IMG/VR virus record: IMGVR_UViG_3300020045_008448
Location: 1 to 40,731 of that record
DNA: 40,731 nt
Reading direction: 5' to 3' (one strand)
From: a virus
Taxonomy: Duplodnaviria; Caudoviricetes
Positions within the stretch are counted from its first letter, which is position 1, and each line of letters starts with the position of its first letter. Position numbers and translations under genes: made by a program. A model generated the notes under the pieces. That model saw nothing but the letters and a program-made list of their open reading frames with translations, had not been told where the DNA came from and did no database searches. Of this stretch, positions 1-8,539 are shown in pieces.

Positions 1-118
1 CATTACTGGTATCTTACCATCATTCCAATCTTTAATATCTTGTGGTGTTTTTAATTCTCTGGCTTTTGGAAATGCTTGTTTCAACCTTTCCTTGTCAGAT
101 ATATAGCTATAAAAGATT
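1..118 (-). other. Inverted (fold-back) copy of SNF2 gene sequence; probable assembly or amplification chimera
   Basis: 21-118 is the exact reverse complement of 40518-40615, and 1-33 is the reverse complement of 112-144. Confidence 0.85.
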
Positions 119-414
119 GGAATGATGGTAAGATACCAGTAATGGTGGCTCATCCTGCGTCAGCTGGTCATGGATTAAATCTACAGTTTGGTGGACAATT
201 TATATTGTGGTTCGGTTGTCCCTGGAGCTTAGAGTTATACCTACAAGCCATTAAACGCATACACAGGTCAGGAGTTATAAGTACTGTAACAAATATGAGA
301 CTTGTAGCAAGAGGTACACTTGATGAAGATGTTATTAAGAGAATTGAAGGTAAAGATAGAACACAAAATAATTTATTAGCGGCTGTGAAAGCAATTGTGA
401 AGAAATATTCGTAA
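112..414 (+). CDS. C-terminal part of SNF2-family helicase, continuing from 39529-40614 across the circular junction
   Basis: HPASAGHGLNLQ and QAIKRIHRSG are helicase motifs V and VI. AAAGATTGGAATG at 112-124 equals 40603-40615 in the same frame. Confidence 0.9.
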   Translation, partial: KDWNDGKIPVMVAHPASAGHGLNLQFGGQFILWFGCPWSLELYLQAIKRIHRSGVISTVTNMRLVARGTLDEDVIKRIEGKDRTQNNLLAAVKAIVKKYS

Positions 415-418
415 TATT

Positions 419-433
419 GTAAAAAAGTAAAAC
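419..433 (+). promoter_or_regulatory. GTAAAA-nn-GTAAAAC direct-repeat box just before terS
   Basis: GTAAAAaaGTAAAAC has the same spacing as the boxes at 24786, 26586 and 29057. Confidence 0.4.
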
Positions 434-434
434 A

Positions 435-1046
435 ATGGGAAACAACGGTAAAATAGACGGTGAGCTTATACCATATGTCCACAACGGAAAGGAGTATAAA
501 ATATTGAATAGGGAAAAACTATTTGCAATATCCTTTGTTCAAAATGGTGGGCATTTAGCCAATGCTGTTAAGGCTGCTGGCTACAATCCAAAGAGTGACT
601 CAGTGGCAAGCTCAATCGGGAGCGAACTCCTACGAAGGCCAAGAATTTTTGAATTAATCAGAGACCTCCAAGATGACATTGCTTTCCAGCTTGGCATCAG
701 TGCACTTGACATAGCCCGGGAGTATGCCAAAATTGGTTTTAGTGACGTCCGCAAGGTGTTTGACCCAGAAACGGGTGAAGTACTTGACCCAAAGAACATT
801 GATGACGTCACTGCAGCATCTATAGCAAGCTTTTCTGTGTTGGAAGTGTACGAGCCCAAAACCGGCAAATTTATTGGTAAAAACAAGAAAATGAAATTTT
901 ATGACAAAGTCAATGCTCTTGACAAACTAGCCAAGATGATTGGAGCAGATGCTAAAACAGCCTCACTAACACCAGCCAAGCCAGAACCACTTCAAATAGA
1001 AATATCATCAACCACCGCTAAAATCAAGAAAAGTGCAAACGAGTGA
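435..1046 (+). CDS. terS: Terminase small subunit
   Basis: N-terminal HTH (NAVKAAGY...GSELLRRPRI) and YDKVNALDKLAK motif; lies directly before terL. Confidence 0.9.
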   Translation: MGNNGKIDGELIPYVHNGKEYKILNREKLFAISFVQNGGHLANAVKAAGYNPKSDSVASSIGSELLRRPRIFELIRDLQDDIAFQLGISALDIAREYAKIGFSDVRKVFDPETGEVLDPKNIDDVTAASIASFSVLEVYEPKTGKFIGKNKKMKFYDKVNALDKLAKMIGADAKTASLTPAKPEPLQIEISSTTAKIKKSANE

Positions 1047-2220
1047 TTTATTCCTGGAACTCCAGGACAACGATAAGCCAATAGTCATACTGCAAGGCGG
1101 CGGCGATGCCGGCAAAACTGTGACAGCCCTACAGTACTTAGCTGTAGAATGTTTGAAGCATGATAAGCAGATAGCCACAGTCACCGGCCAGGATTTACCA
1201 AACCTTAAGCGTGGAGCCTTGGTGGCTTTTGACAGATATGTCTTGCCATATATTGCTAAGTACGGGGTCCACTTCAACAAGGCTGAGACTACGTACTACT
1301 TCCCAAATGGTTCCATCTTGGAGTTCAAATCATTTAAGGATGAACTTGATGCAAGGGGGTCTGAGCGTGACTACTTATTCATGAATGAGGCCAACTCCCA
1401 GGCATACAAGATGTTTTGGCAGTTAGAGAGAAAAACCAGAAAGCTCACAATCCTGGATTATAACCCGACAGCACCATTCTGGGTACACGCCAACCTGATT
1501 GGTGGAGGTGAGCCACAGTATAATGGCAAGTGGTTGTATATTCAAGTTGACCACAGACATAATCCCTTTCTGCCTCAAGAGACTCACGACATGTATGAGT
1601 CCATGACGGACCCTGAACTCCACCGGGTGTACGCTCGCGGTGAGACTGGTATGGTAACTGGACTTATCTTAGGGCACTTCAAGAAAATAGATGCTATGCC
1701 TAAGTGTGACCGGTACGTGTGGGGTATTGACTTCGGGTATACGAATGACAAGACAGCCATAGTGAAGATGGGTGTCATAGGTCGCCAGCGTTATTTCCTG
1801 GAGTGTTGCTACCTATCTGGTAAGGAGATGGAAGAGCAAAGCCCAGGCACGCCAATCGCCAGCTTCATTAAGAATGTGTTCTTGCAGAATGGGTGGGACT
1901 TGAGCCAACCTATATATGCCGACCACGACCCAGAGATGATACTTCAGTTGAGAAAGCGTGGATTGCCGGTCAAACAAGCCAAGAAGGGCTCAGGTAGTCG
2001 TGTCGCAGGTGTATCAAAGATGCGGGAGTATGAGTGCTTCTATAAAGGCAAGAACTATGAGAAGGAAATAATCAACTACAAGTATGTGACAGTAACTGAT
2101 GCTATAACAGGTAAAGAGATAACCACGAACGAGCCAATAGACGGTAATGACCACTTGTGTGACTCCGGTAGGTATGCCTGTTATACAGATAGTTTAGTAA
2201 ATAAAAATAATCTAGCTTAA
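1033..2220 (+). CDS. terL: Terminase large subunit (PBSX/SPP1-like Terminase_3 type)
   Basis: Walker A GGGDAGKT, Walker B LFMNEA, LDYNP, nuclease motifs GIDFGY and NDHLCDSGRY. Confidence 0.95.
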   Translation: MQTSDLFLELQDNDKPIVILQGGGDAGKTVTALQYLAVECLKHDKQIATVTGQDLPNLKRGALVAFDRYVLPYIAKYGVHFNKAETTYYFPNGSILEFKSFKDELDARGSERDYLFMNEANSQAYKMFWQLERKTRKLTILDYNPTAPFWVHANLIGGGEPQYNGKWLYIQVDHRHNPFLPQETHDMYESMTDPELHRVYARGETGMVTGLILGHFKKIDAMPKCDRYVWGIDFGYTNDKTAIVKMGVIGRQRYFLECCYLSGKEMEEQSPGTPIASFIKNVFLQNGWDLSQPIYADHDPEMILQLRKRGLPVKQAKKGSGSRVAGVSKMREYECFYKGKNYEKEIINYKYVTVTDAITGKEITTNEPIDGNDHLCDSGRYACYTDSLVNKNNLA

Positions 2221-2302
2221 AACGCGTTTAAAGGCCTCATTTTCGAGCTTTTAGACAGTAAGTAAGCCTAACTACTTAGAAGCTAAAATCGCAGCCGAAA
2301 TG
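2219..2302 (-). repeat. Dispersed periodic element E1 (TAAG-N8-CTTA core at 2263-2278)
   Basis: Reverse complement of 2223-2245 matches 36389-36411 at 22/23; aligns without gaps to E2-E4. Confidence 0.8.
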
Positions 2303-2594
2303 AAGACCAAAATTCAACTCAGCAATTTGCCTAAAAGGAGCCTTGAAAAAAAATTTTAAATTCCATCCACGCCAACTCGTTAACTGTTCACATCGCAAGC
2401 GCCTCAATTGTTATTGCTATGTGAAAGTGTAACAAAGTGTAAAATAAGTCAATAAAAATGACTATATCACATGTGTGTGTTTATATATGATTATATGACA
2501 TTTCATTAACAATTTCTTAACTATGGTCAACGAATAAACCAAATAATATGTTTAGTATATTTATATATTATTAATCATTAAAACAAATAACAAC

Positions 2595-3035
2595 ATGAAT
2601 TTACAAAAAATCGTACAAGAACACCAAGATAGGATAGTATACCTATTTGTGGATGACAACAATGAGGTACAAGGCATTAACTTCCAATTTGGATTAAATG
2701 CGGATATGAACTACCAAAAGATTGACCCTGTACTCACAGAGGAGTTTAGGAAACAAGATGGTACCCTATCACTATTCACCCGCATTGACAATGTAGTTGA
2801 GTGGAAGACCAATATAATACTTGAAGAGTCCAAGGTGAAAAGAGACTTAATAGATTTTAAATTATGGTTTGATACCCAATGTATGGCGGACTTAGAAGGT
2901 TTTAAAGAACAAGAAGGTTTCCAGTTTATGCCACTTGAAATCACCTATCACGATAAAACAATTGAATTACCAATGCACTCACAGTTATATGATGATTTTA
3001 TGGAATTTTTAAACCAACAAATAGACAATGAATAA
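2595..3035 (+). CDS. Hypothetical acidic protein
   Basis: 146-aa ORF with an A-rich start context, downstream of a TATATTTA promoter-like motif near 2556. Confidence 0.75.
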   Translation: MNLQKIVQEHQDRIVYLFVDDNNEVQGINFQFGLNADMNYQKIDPVLTEEFRKQDGTLSLFTRIDNVVEWKTNIILEESKVKRDLIDFKLWFDTQCMADLEGFKEQEGFQFMPLEITYHDKTIELPMHSQLYDDFMEFLNQQIDNE

Positions 3036-3135
3036 CAATAACGAACAAAACGATTCACTAATTATCCTGTACCTACCAGGTTTACTCGCATTGGTAGTAA
3101 TATTAATATTCAAAACAATTCAACACATATGGTAA
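3028..3135 (+). CDS. Small membrane peptide, 35 aa (not in ORF track)
   Basis: MNNNNEQNDSLIILYLPGLLALVVILIFKTIQHIW; fills the gap between its neighbours with short overlaps and has one hydrophobic segment. Confidence 0.55.
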   Translation: MNNNNEQNDSLIILYLPGLLALVVILIFKTIQHIW

Positions 3136-3314
3136 TATACACAATCAAAGTAACACTAATAAATGCCCAGTCTAAACTCAAAGTGGTTCATATTGACACA
3201 AATGTCATGTATGAGAGAGAGACCTTGAGAGATGCCTTGAACCGTTTAGGTTTTATGGACTATGAGATAGTAGTTTGGGTTCACGAGGAAATAAATTTAA
3301 TCACAACAAAATAA
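3129..3314 (+). CDS. Hypothetical protein
   Basis: 61-aa ORF coupled to the previous ORF and followed by a hairpin. Confidence 0.6.
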   Translation: MVIYTIKVTLINAQSKLKVVHIDTNVMYERETLRDALNRLGFMDYEIVVWVHEEINLITTK

Positions 3315-3331
3315 GTTTGGTTAGTATGCGA

Positions 3332-3360
3332 GAGAGTGGGTCCCAAGTGGGCCCATTTTC
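3332..3360 (+). terminator. Probable intrinsic terminator hairpin
   Basis: GAGAGTGGGTCC-caagt-GGGCCCATTTTC stem with G-U pairs and a short T run. Confidence 0.5.
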
Positions 3361-3532
3361 ATTTAAAGTCAAAACCGCCCAGGAATTACAGTTTGAAATC
3401 CCACTGAGCAAATTTAAGCTCCTATGGTCAAAAGGAAAATTTTTATTTCTACCCAACCACATCCACACACAAACAGTTCATTTCAAACAAGTGTTATTGA
3501 TTTGCAAGTGGCACAGTTCTTGATTAGACACT

Positions 3533-3731
3533 TTGACAATAACAATTCATTAACAAATGACTTGATACAAATATCAAATAAAGTTGTATATTTGTATTAG
3601 AAATAAGGTCTTTGAAATATTGAATTATATATAAATTGAACTGTTGACAATAACAATTCATTAACAAATAAGATATTAATAATTCAATATTTTGAACTAT
3701 ATTTGTAGTAGAAATAGTTCTTTGACATATA
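3533..3731 (+). promoter_or_regulatory. Tandem duplicated promoter unit (111-bp period) with TATATTTG -7 boxes and boxA-like motifs
   Basis: TTGACAATAACAATTCATTAACAAAT at 3533 and 3644; TATATTTG at 3587 and 3698; GGTCTTTGAAA at 3607 and GTTCTTTGACA at 3717. Confidence 0.75.
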
Positions 3732-3792
3732 GGAATAGGTTGTACCTGTTCAAAACAAATTTTATTCAATAACAACAAAAAAAACAAACAAA

Positions 3793-4134
3793 ATGACAAC
3801 AACATCAAAAGTTCAAAACAAGACAAAAGTTAATAACCAAGAAGTTACTAACAATTTACCAACGCCAACCGCACCTAAGGTTCCACAACATGTGATATGT
3901 ATGGAGTTGGCGAAACAAGGTTATAAGGCGAAGCAAGTAAGTGAAATTACAAAAATTTCCTACAATAATGTCGCATGGTACTTTTCTAAATATGGCCTAA
4001 CAAAAATCGCCAATGACAAGTTAATGGAGTTATATCCACAAGTTACTAACAATGTCAAAGTAGATGTTAAACCTATTGAACCTAAAACAAAAAAAGTTGA
4101 AGTGGTTGAAAAAACAACTAACAAAAAGAAATAA
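3793..4134 (+). CDS. HTH DNA-binding protein with Lys-rich tails; paralogue of 29339-29752
   Basis: ELAKQGYKAKQVSEITKISYNNVAWYFSKYGL has an HTH pattern. Confidence 0.75.
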   Translation: MTTTSKVQNKTKVNNQEVTNNLPTPTAPKVPQHVICMELAKQGYKAKQVSEITKISYNNVAWYFSKYGLTKIANDKLMELYPQVTNNVKVDVKPIEPKTKKVEVVEKTTNKKK

Positions 4135-4137
4135 GAC

Positions 4138-4172
4138 AAAAGGTCATGACAACAAGTCATGACCTTTTTTTT
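4138..4172 (+). terminator. Intrinsic terminator
   Basis: Perfect stem AAAAGGTCATGAC-aacaa-GTCATGACCTTTT running into a T8 tract. Confidence 0.85.
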
Positions 4173-4290
4173 GTTATAACATATGATGAAAATTAATATA
4201 TGAACCCAGTTGAAAAACCCACTCAAAAATGGTCACGAAAAAATCCCCGAAAATTTTTTCGAGGTGGTGAACCGGTTCAGTCCAGTCCAC

Positions 4291-4326
4291 AACAAGTCAC
4301 TAACAGTTGAATGTTAGTGATTTGTT
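4291..4326 (-). terminator. Hairpin, probable terminator of the minus-strand gene 4346-4519
   Basis: AACAAGTCACTAACA-gttgaa-TGTTAGTGATTTGTT, about 20 bp past the stop codon. Confidence 0.55.
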
Positions 4327-4345
4327 AGTACTAATGAATTGTTAA

Positions 4346-4519
4346 TTATTGTTTGTCCAAATTTTCAATTTCATCAAATATTTCGAATTTTAACATATCA
4401 ACTCTATTAGCAAAAAAATTGCTATCAAGTTCACTTTCCATATAAATATCTTCACACTCATTTAACAATTTGTTAATTTCAACCAGTTTGTTAATAATTT
4501 CTAATTTTGGGTTTTTCAT
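4346..4519 (-). CDS. Small acidic helical protein, 57 aa (not in ORF track)
   Basis: MKNPKLEIINKLVEINKLLNECEDIYMESELDSNFFANRVDMLKFEIFDEIENLDKQ, with an A-rich leader, its own TATATTTG box and a downstream hairpin. Confidence 0.7.
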   Translation of the reverse strand: MKNPKLEIINKLVEINKLLNECEDIYMESELDSNFFANRVDMLKFEIFDEIENLDKQ

Positions 4520-4543
4520 GATTTTTTAATTTTATTTTATATA

Positions 4544-4551
4544 CAAATATA
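4544..4551 (-). promoter_or_regulatory. Bacteroidota-type -7 promoter box (TATATTTG)
   Basis: Lies 24 nt upstream of the 4519 ATG; its upstream sequence resembles the 3661-3705 promoter unit. Confidence 0.65.
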
Positions 4552-4834
4552 ATCAATAATATTGATACTTGATAATATTTATTTGATTTTATTTGATTGA
4601 TTTTTAAACAAGTTACCAACACTTTTAGCTAATAAGGGGTTAAGCGGGTTTTGGCTTGGCCCCCGGCCACTGTCGTCCGGTATGCAGAAAGCAAAAAATG
4701 GGAAAACCCAGAAATCTGGAAAACCCTGGATTCTTGGGTAAATAGGGAGAAAGCTTGTTTTCAGAAATAGTTTGATGTTAAAGTTTCGCTAAAGACATAA
4801 CTATGTGAAAAACCTTACTTATTATTGTACTTAA

Positions 4835-6181
4835 ATGGCAAACTGGCTCACAAGAATATTCAGTGGTAATCGCGAAACAGCTCCCGTTCTACAAGAACGT
4901 GGTCACTTGCCATATTCGGGAAACCCCTACAGTATTCAAAACTATGTTGGCAACAAGGCAATACTACAAAATGCTGAACCTGTATATCACGAGTTAACCA
5001 ACCCAGCAAATATAACAAGAGCTCTTGAAAACTGTCCTGCGGTGCCATATATCATCAACAAGAAAGCGCGGGCATTCTGTAGTGGCGTTATAAAAGCAAT
5101 GCGAGATGGCAAGCCGGTTAAAGGGTTGTACAAGCAATACCAGGATATAATAGATAAGCCAAATTTCATACAGACAGGGTATCAATTCAAAATGCAAAAC
5201 TACGCTCAAATGCAGGCGTATGGTTGGAGTGTATGTCTCAAAATAATGGCTGGTGGGCAATTGTCATCTATTTGGGCGTTACCAAATGATGAGGTAGATA
5301 TTGAGTGGGAATACAAATGGGAGCCTTTCAAGCGCAAAAACATACTATCAGCTATCAAGACAATCAGATATTGTGGCAAAGAGATTGATAAGAATGATAT
5401 TTACATATTCACCGACAGTACGCCATGTGCAACAGGCATAATTCTACCAGTTTCAAGACTTGTACCTCTTAAACACCAGATTGATAACTTGATTATCAAC
5501 TACCAGTCAAGAGGCAAGCTAATGAATAAGCCAATGGGTATACTAACAAGTGCTGTTAAGGATGAAATAAGCGATATTGGCGAAATGGACCCAGCAGCTA
5601 TCGAGAGACTGCATCAGGAATTTGATAAGTATGGTTTGTCAGCAAATCAACGCCGGTTCATAATCACCAACATGAATATGGACTGGAAGCCAATCTCTTT
5701 TCCTCTTAGTGACATGCAAATGGACATATTTGAGAAAAATGATACCATAACGATAGCAGAGGGACTTGATTACCCGCCATTCTTGTTAGGTATTAGTGAT
5801 AAAGGGATATATAACAATGTAAGTGAAGCCCAAAAAGGACTATATACTAGCGCTGTTATACCAGATGGTGATAACTATGTACAACAGTTGGAGCAATGCT
5901 TTAAGTCAAGCAAAGATAGCGTTACATACATAATCGACTTCTCTCACCTCGCAGTGCTTCAAGAAGGGCTAAAAGCCATGAATGAAGCCCGTAAAATCCT
6001 CGGAGAAGCAGTTATGGCAGAATTTAGAGCCAATTTAATCACTTATGGAAGAGCTATGGAGCTTATGAGTGAAACGCAAATAAATGAAGCGTGGAGAGAG
6101 TTATACTTTTTTGAAATGCCTTACGGTACACCGGCTGAACCAATAACACCTAATACTACTAAAAATGAAGACAAGAAATAA
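4835..6181 (+). CDS. Portal protein (HK97 family)
   Basis: 448 aa; LDYPPFLLG...YNNVSEAQKGLY portal motif; precedes protease and capsid. Confidence 0.9.
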   Translation: MANWLTRIFSGNRETAPVLQERGHLPYSGNPYSIQNYVGNKAILQNAEPVYHELTNPANITRALENCPAVPYIINKKARAFCSGVIKAMRDGKPVKGLYKQYQDIIDKPNFIQTGYQFKMQNYAQMQAYGWSVCLKIMAGGQLSSIWALPNDEVDIEWEYKWEPFKRKNILSAIKTIRYCGKEIDKNDIYIFTDSTPCATGIILPVSRLVPLKHQIDNLIINYQSRGKLMNKPMGILTSAVKDEISDIGEMDPAAIERLHQEFDKYGLSANQRRFIITNMNMDWKPISFPLSDMQMDIFEKNDTITIAEGLDYPPFLLGISDKGIYNNVSEAQKGLYTSAVIPDGDNYVQQLEQCFKSSKDSVTYIIDFSHLAVLQEGLKAMNEARKILGEAVMAEFRANLITYGRAMELMSETQINEAWRELYFFEMPYGTPAEPITPNTTKNEDKK

Positions 6182-6902
6182 ACATATTGAACAGCTTCGC
6201 AAGAATGCGCCGCCAATTGCTTACAACAATGTGGTTATAACGGAGCGCTCTTCAAATCTTGACAAACGTATTGTCGAGGGTTATGGTGTTATATGGGGCC
6301 AACGAAATAGCCATGGGGAGAAGGTAGTCAAAGGCGCATACAGCAAATCAATAAAAGAGAATGGCCCAGGGTCAGATAGCCCATACCAAATTAAGTTTAG
6401 AGATGAACATGGTAAGGCTTGTGGCTTATTTGAAGAGTTACGTGAAGATGAAACAGGGTTATACTTCCGCACAAAGCCCCTAGATGATGTGCAATGGGCA
6501 AATGACTTGCTTACACAATTGAAGTCAGGTACCATCAACAACTTCTCAATAGGCTTTCGTTTCTTGTGGGATAAGTTAGAGTGGGACGACAAGGATGACT
6601 CAATGGTTATTCTTGAAGCAAGGCTTCTTGAAATATCAGCTGTAGCCATTCCATCAGACGAAGCAACATTTGCAATAAGGGCTCACGAAGAGCCAGAGTA
6701 TCTCCAGGAAGATACAGAAGAGTTTATACTATCATTGCCAAAAAGCAAGCAGCTTGAGGCACGTAAAATAATTACCAGGAATATATCACTTGCAACAAGG
6801 CAAGAGCCGGTTAAACAAATCGTGAAACCACTCAAGACAGTTAACAAGCCGGTAAAAGCCAAGGTAGACTACAAATATTTAATCAAAAATTTAAACAAGT
6901 AA
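6165..6902 (+). CDS. Prohead maturation protease (HK97 type)
   Basis: VEGYGVIWG, DEH, FSIGF and LLEISAVAIPS motifs. Confidence 0.92.
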   Translation: MKTRNKHIEQLRKNAPPIAYNNVVITERSSNLDKRIVEGYGVIWGQRNSHGEKVVKGAYSKSIKENGPGSDSPYQIKFRDEHGKACGLFEELREDETGLYFRTKPLDDVQWANDLLTQLKSGTINNFSIGFRFLWDKLEWDDKDDSMVILEARLLEISAVAIPSDEATFAIRAHEEPEYLQEDTEEFILSLPKSKQLEARKIITRNISLATRQEPVKQIVKPLKTVNKPVKAKVDYKYLIKNLNK

Positions 6903-6907
6903 AAAAC

Positions 6908-8290
6908 ATGAAAAAGAAAATTTTAGTTTTCAATCGTGGGACCCTGCCAAAAATGCAGAACAGGAATTTCCCACACCAAACTCACCAATTTATTGGTGCA
7001 TCATACAAGTCAGACGGCGACCCGGATGATGACGATGATGACGACGACTTGGACGAGCGCAAGAAATTGCTCGTGACCATTCGTAAGCAAACGGACAAAG
7101 CAATGAACACAAGAGCCTCTGCAAAAGAGTTCAAAGAGTTCAGTGAAAAGTTCAAGGACTTAGCCATTGAAGAGTTACGTGCAATTGCAGACCCTAATAG
7201 CGGTGCAATGGCCATGATTAAGAAAATGGGTGAGGACATGAATGACATGATGGAAGACTTCAAAAAGCGTGGCAATGAAGACATGTCAGTGCGTTCACAA
7301 ATTGCTAAGTGGCAAGAGGAGAATAAAGAAGCTATTGCAAAAGCAAAAACTGGTGCAAGAGCAGATTTGAAGCCATTCAATTTGGATGTTCGTGCTGCGG
7401 CTACAATGACTGTTGGGTCAAACCTTGGTGGTTCAGCTTACTTGCCTAAGCCTGAGTTCATGGCTGGGTTGAACGACCTTGTAAGAGTAGTGCCTACTTT
7501 CTGGGACTACATCAAAAAAGGCCGTACCAAGTCAGCAGCGTTTGTATGGGTTAACAAAAAGAATCCTGATGGAGCAGCTGCTTTCATTGGTGAAGGTATC
7601 TCCAAGCCAGGAGTTGATTTTGAATTAGCTACTGAAATCAGTAACGCCAAGAAAATTGCTGCAAGCTTAAAAGCTTCAACTGAAATCTTGGATGATATTG
7701 ATGGAATGGAGTCATTCATTTTGGAAGAGCTTCGCTACAAGTTAATGGATGTGTTGAATAGCACGTTGATGACAGGTGTATTATCTACAACTGTTCCAGC
7801 TGGTATCCAAACAATCTCTGTACCGTTTTCACAAACTGGTTTGGAGACTGCTAATCCAAACAACTTCGATGCTATCCGTTCAATTGTTGCACAGTTGCGT
7901 ACCGGTAACTTCAAAGGAGTTATCACAGTATTTGTTTCACCGGTTGACAATGCCAATATGGACATGTCAAAAGCAAACTCACAAGGTCAATACACATTGC
8001 CTCCTTTCAGCACTGCTGACGGTAAGACAATTGGTGGAGCCATTGTTGTTGAAGATAACAACATCCCAATTGGGTATGTGCAGGGTGCTATCCTTGATTT
8101 GTTCAAAGTATTGATTTATCAAGACTTTACAATCATGTGGGGTTGGGAGAATGATGATTTCACTAAGAACCTTATCACGGTTATTGCTGAGATGCGTATT
8201 CACTCATTCCATAGTGAGAATAATGCTGGTGCCTTTATTTATGATACATTTGCAAACATCAAAACTGCCATCGCAGCTCCGGTGATTTAA
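6908..8290 (+). CDS. Major capsid protein (HK97 fold) with N-terminal delta-like domain
   Basis: AAFIGEGISKP, KKIAASLKASTEILDD and DFTKNLITVIAEMR motifs; follows the protease. Confidence 0.93.
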   Translation: MKKKILVFNRGTLPKMQNRNFPHQTHQFIGASYKSDGDPDDDDDDDDLDERKKLLVTIRKQTDKAMNTRASAKEFKEFSEKFKDLAIEELRAIADPNSGAMAMIKKMGEDMNDMMEDFKKRGNEDMSVRSQIAKWQEENKEAIAKAKTGARADLKPFNLDVRAAATMTVGSNLGGSAYLPKPEFMAGLNDLVRVVPTFWDYIKKGRTKSAAFVWVNKKNPDGAAAFIGEGISKPGVDFELATEISNAKKIAASLKASTEILDDIDGMESFILEELRYKLMDVLNSTLMTGVLSTTVPAGIQTISVPFSQTGLETANPNNFDAIRSIVAQLRTGNFKGVITVFVSPVDNANMDMSKANSQGQYTLPPFSTADGKTIGGAIVVEDNNIPIGYVQGAILDLFKVLIYQDFTIMWGWENDDFTKNLITVIAEMRIHSFHSENNAGAFIYDTFANIKTAIAAPVI

Positions 8291-8295
8291 GTATC

Positions 8296-8538
8296 ATGAA
8301 AACAGTAAAAACAACGGCACAAGCCCGCTACTACAAAGAGCCAACTGTTATAACTGTTGCCGACCATATAGCTGACAAAATGTTGGCTAATGGTTGGGCT
8401 ACAGAGATTGGCGAAGACGCTCCAGTAGTAGACGCTCCAGTAGTAGACGCTCCAGTAGAAGACGCTCCAGTAGAAGACGCTCCCGTGCCAACAAAAGAAA
8501 CACAAAAACAATCACAAAAAAAACAAACAAAAAAGTAA
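8296..8538 (+). CDS. Small capsid-adjacent protein with DAPV(V/E) repeats
   Basis: 80 aa directly after the capsid gene; ADKMLANGWA helix, repeat linker and basic tail. Confidence 0.7.
   Translation: MKTVKTTAQARYYKEPTVITVADHIADKMLANGWATEIGEDAPVVDAPVVDAPVEDAPVEDAPVPTKETQKQSQKKQTKK
8416..8487 (+). repeat. 15-bp tandem repeat, about 4.8 copies (GACGCTCCAGTAGWA)
   Basis: Units start at 8416, 8431, 8446, 8461 and 8476 (partial). Confidence 0.95.
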
Positions 8539-8539
8539 A

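Noticed and set aside
1-144. Hairpin telomere or inverted terminal repeat
   Set aside because: It falls in the middle of the SNF2 gene, no protelomerase is evident, and the inverted part simply bridges the circular junction.
3275-3826. ORFs 3275-3523 (+) and 3524-3826 (-)
   Set aside because: They overlap a terminator and the duplicated promoter; the repeated peptide in the minus ORF only reflects the DNA duplication.
8416-8487. CRISPR-like array
   Set aside because: Contiguous in-frame 15-bp coding repeats with no spacers.
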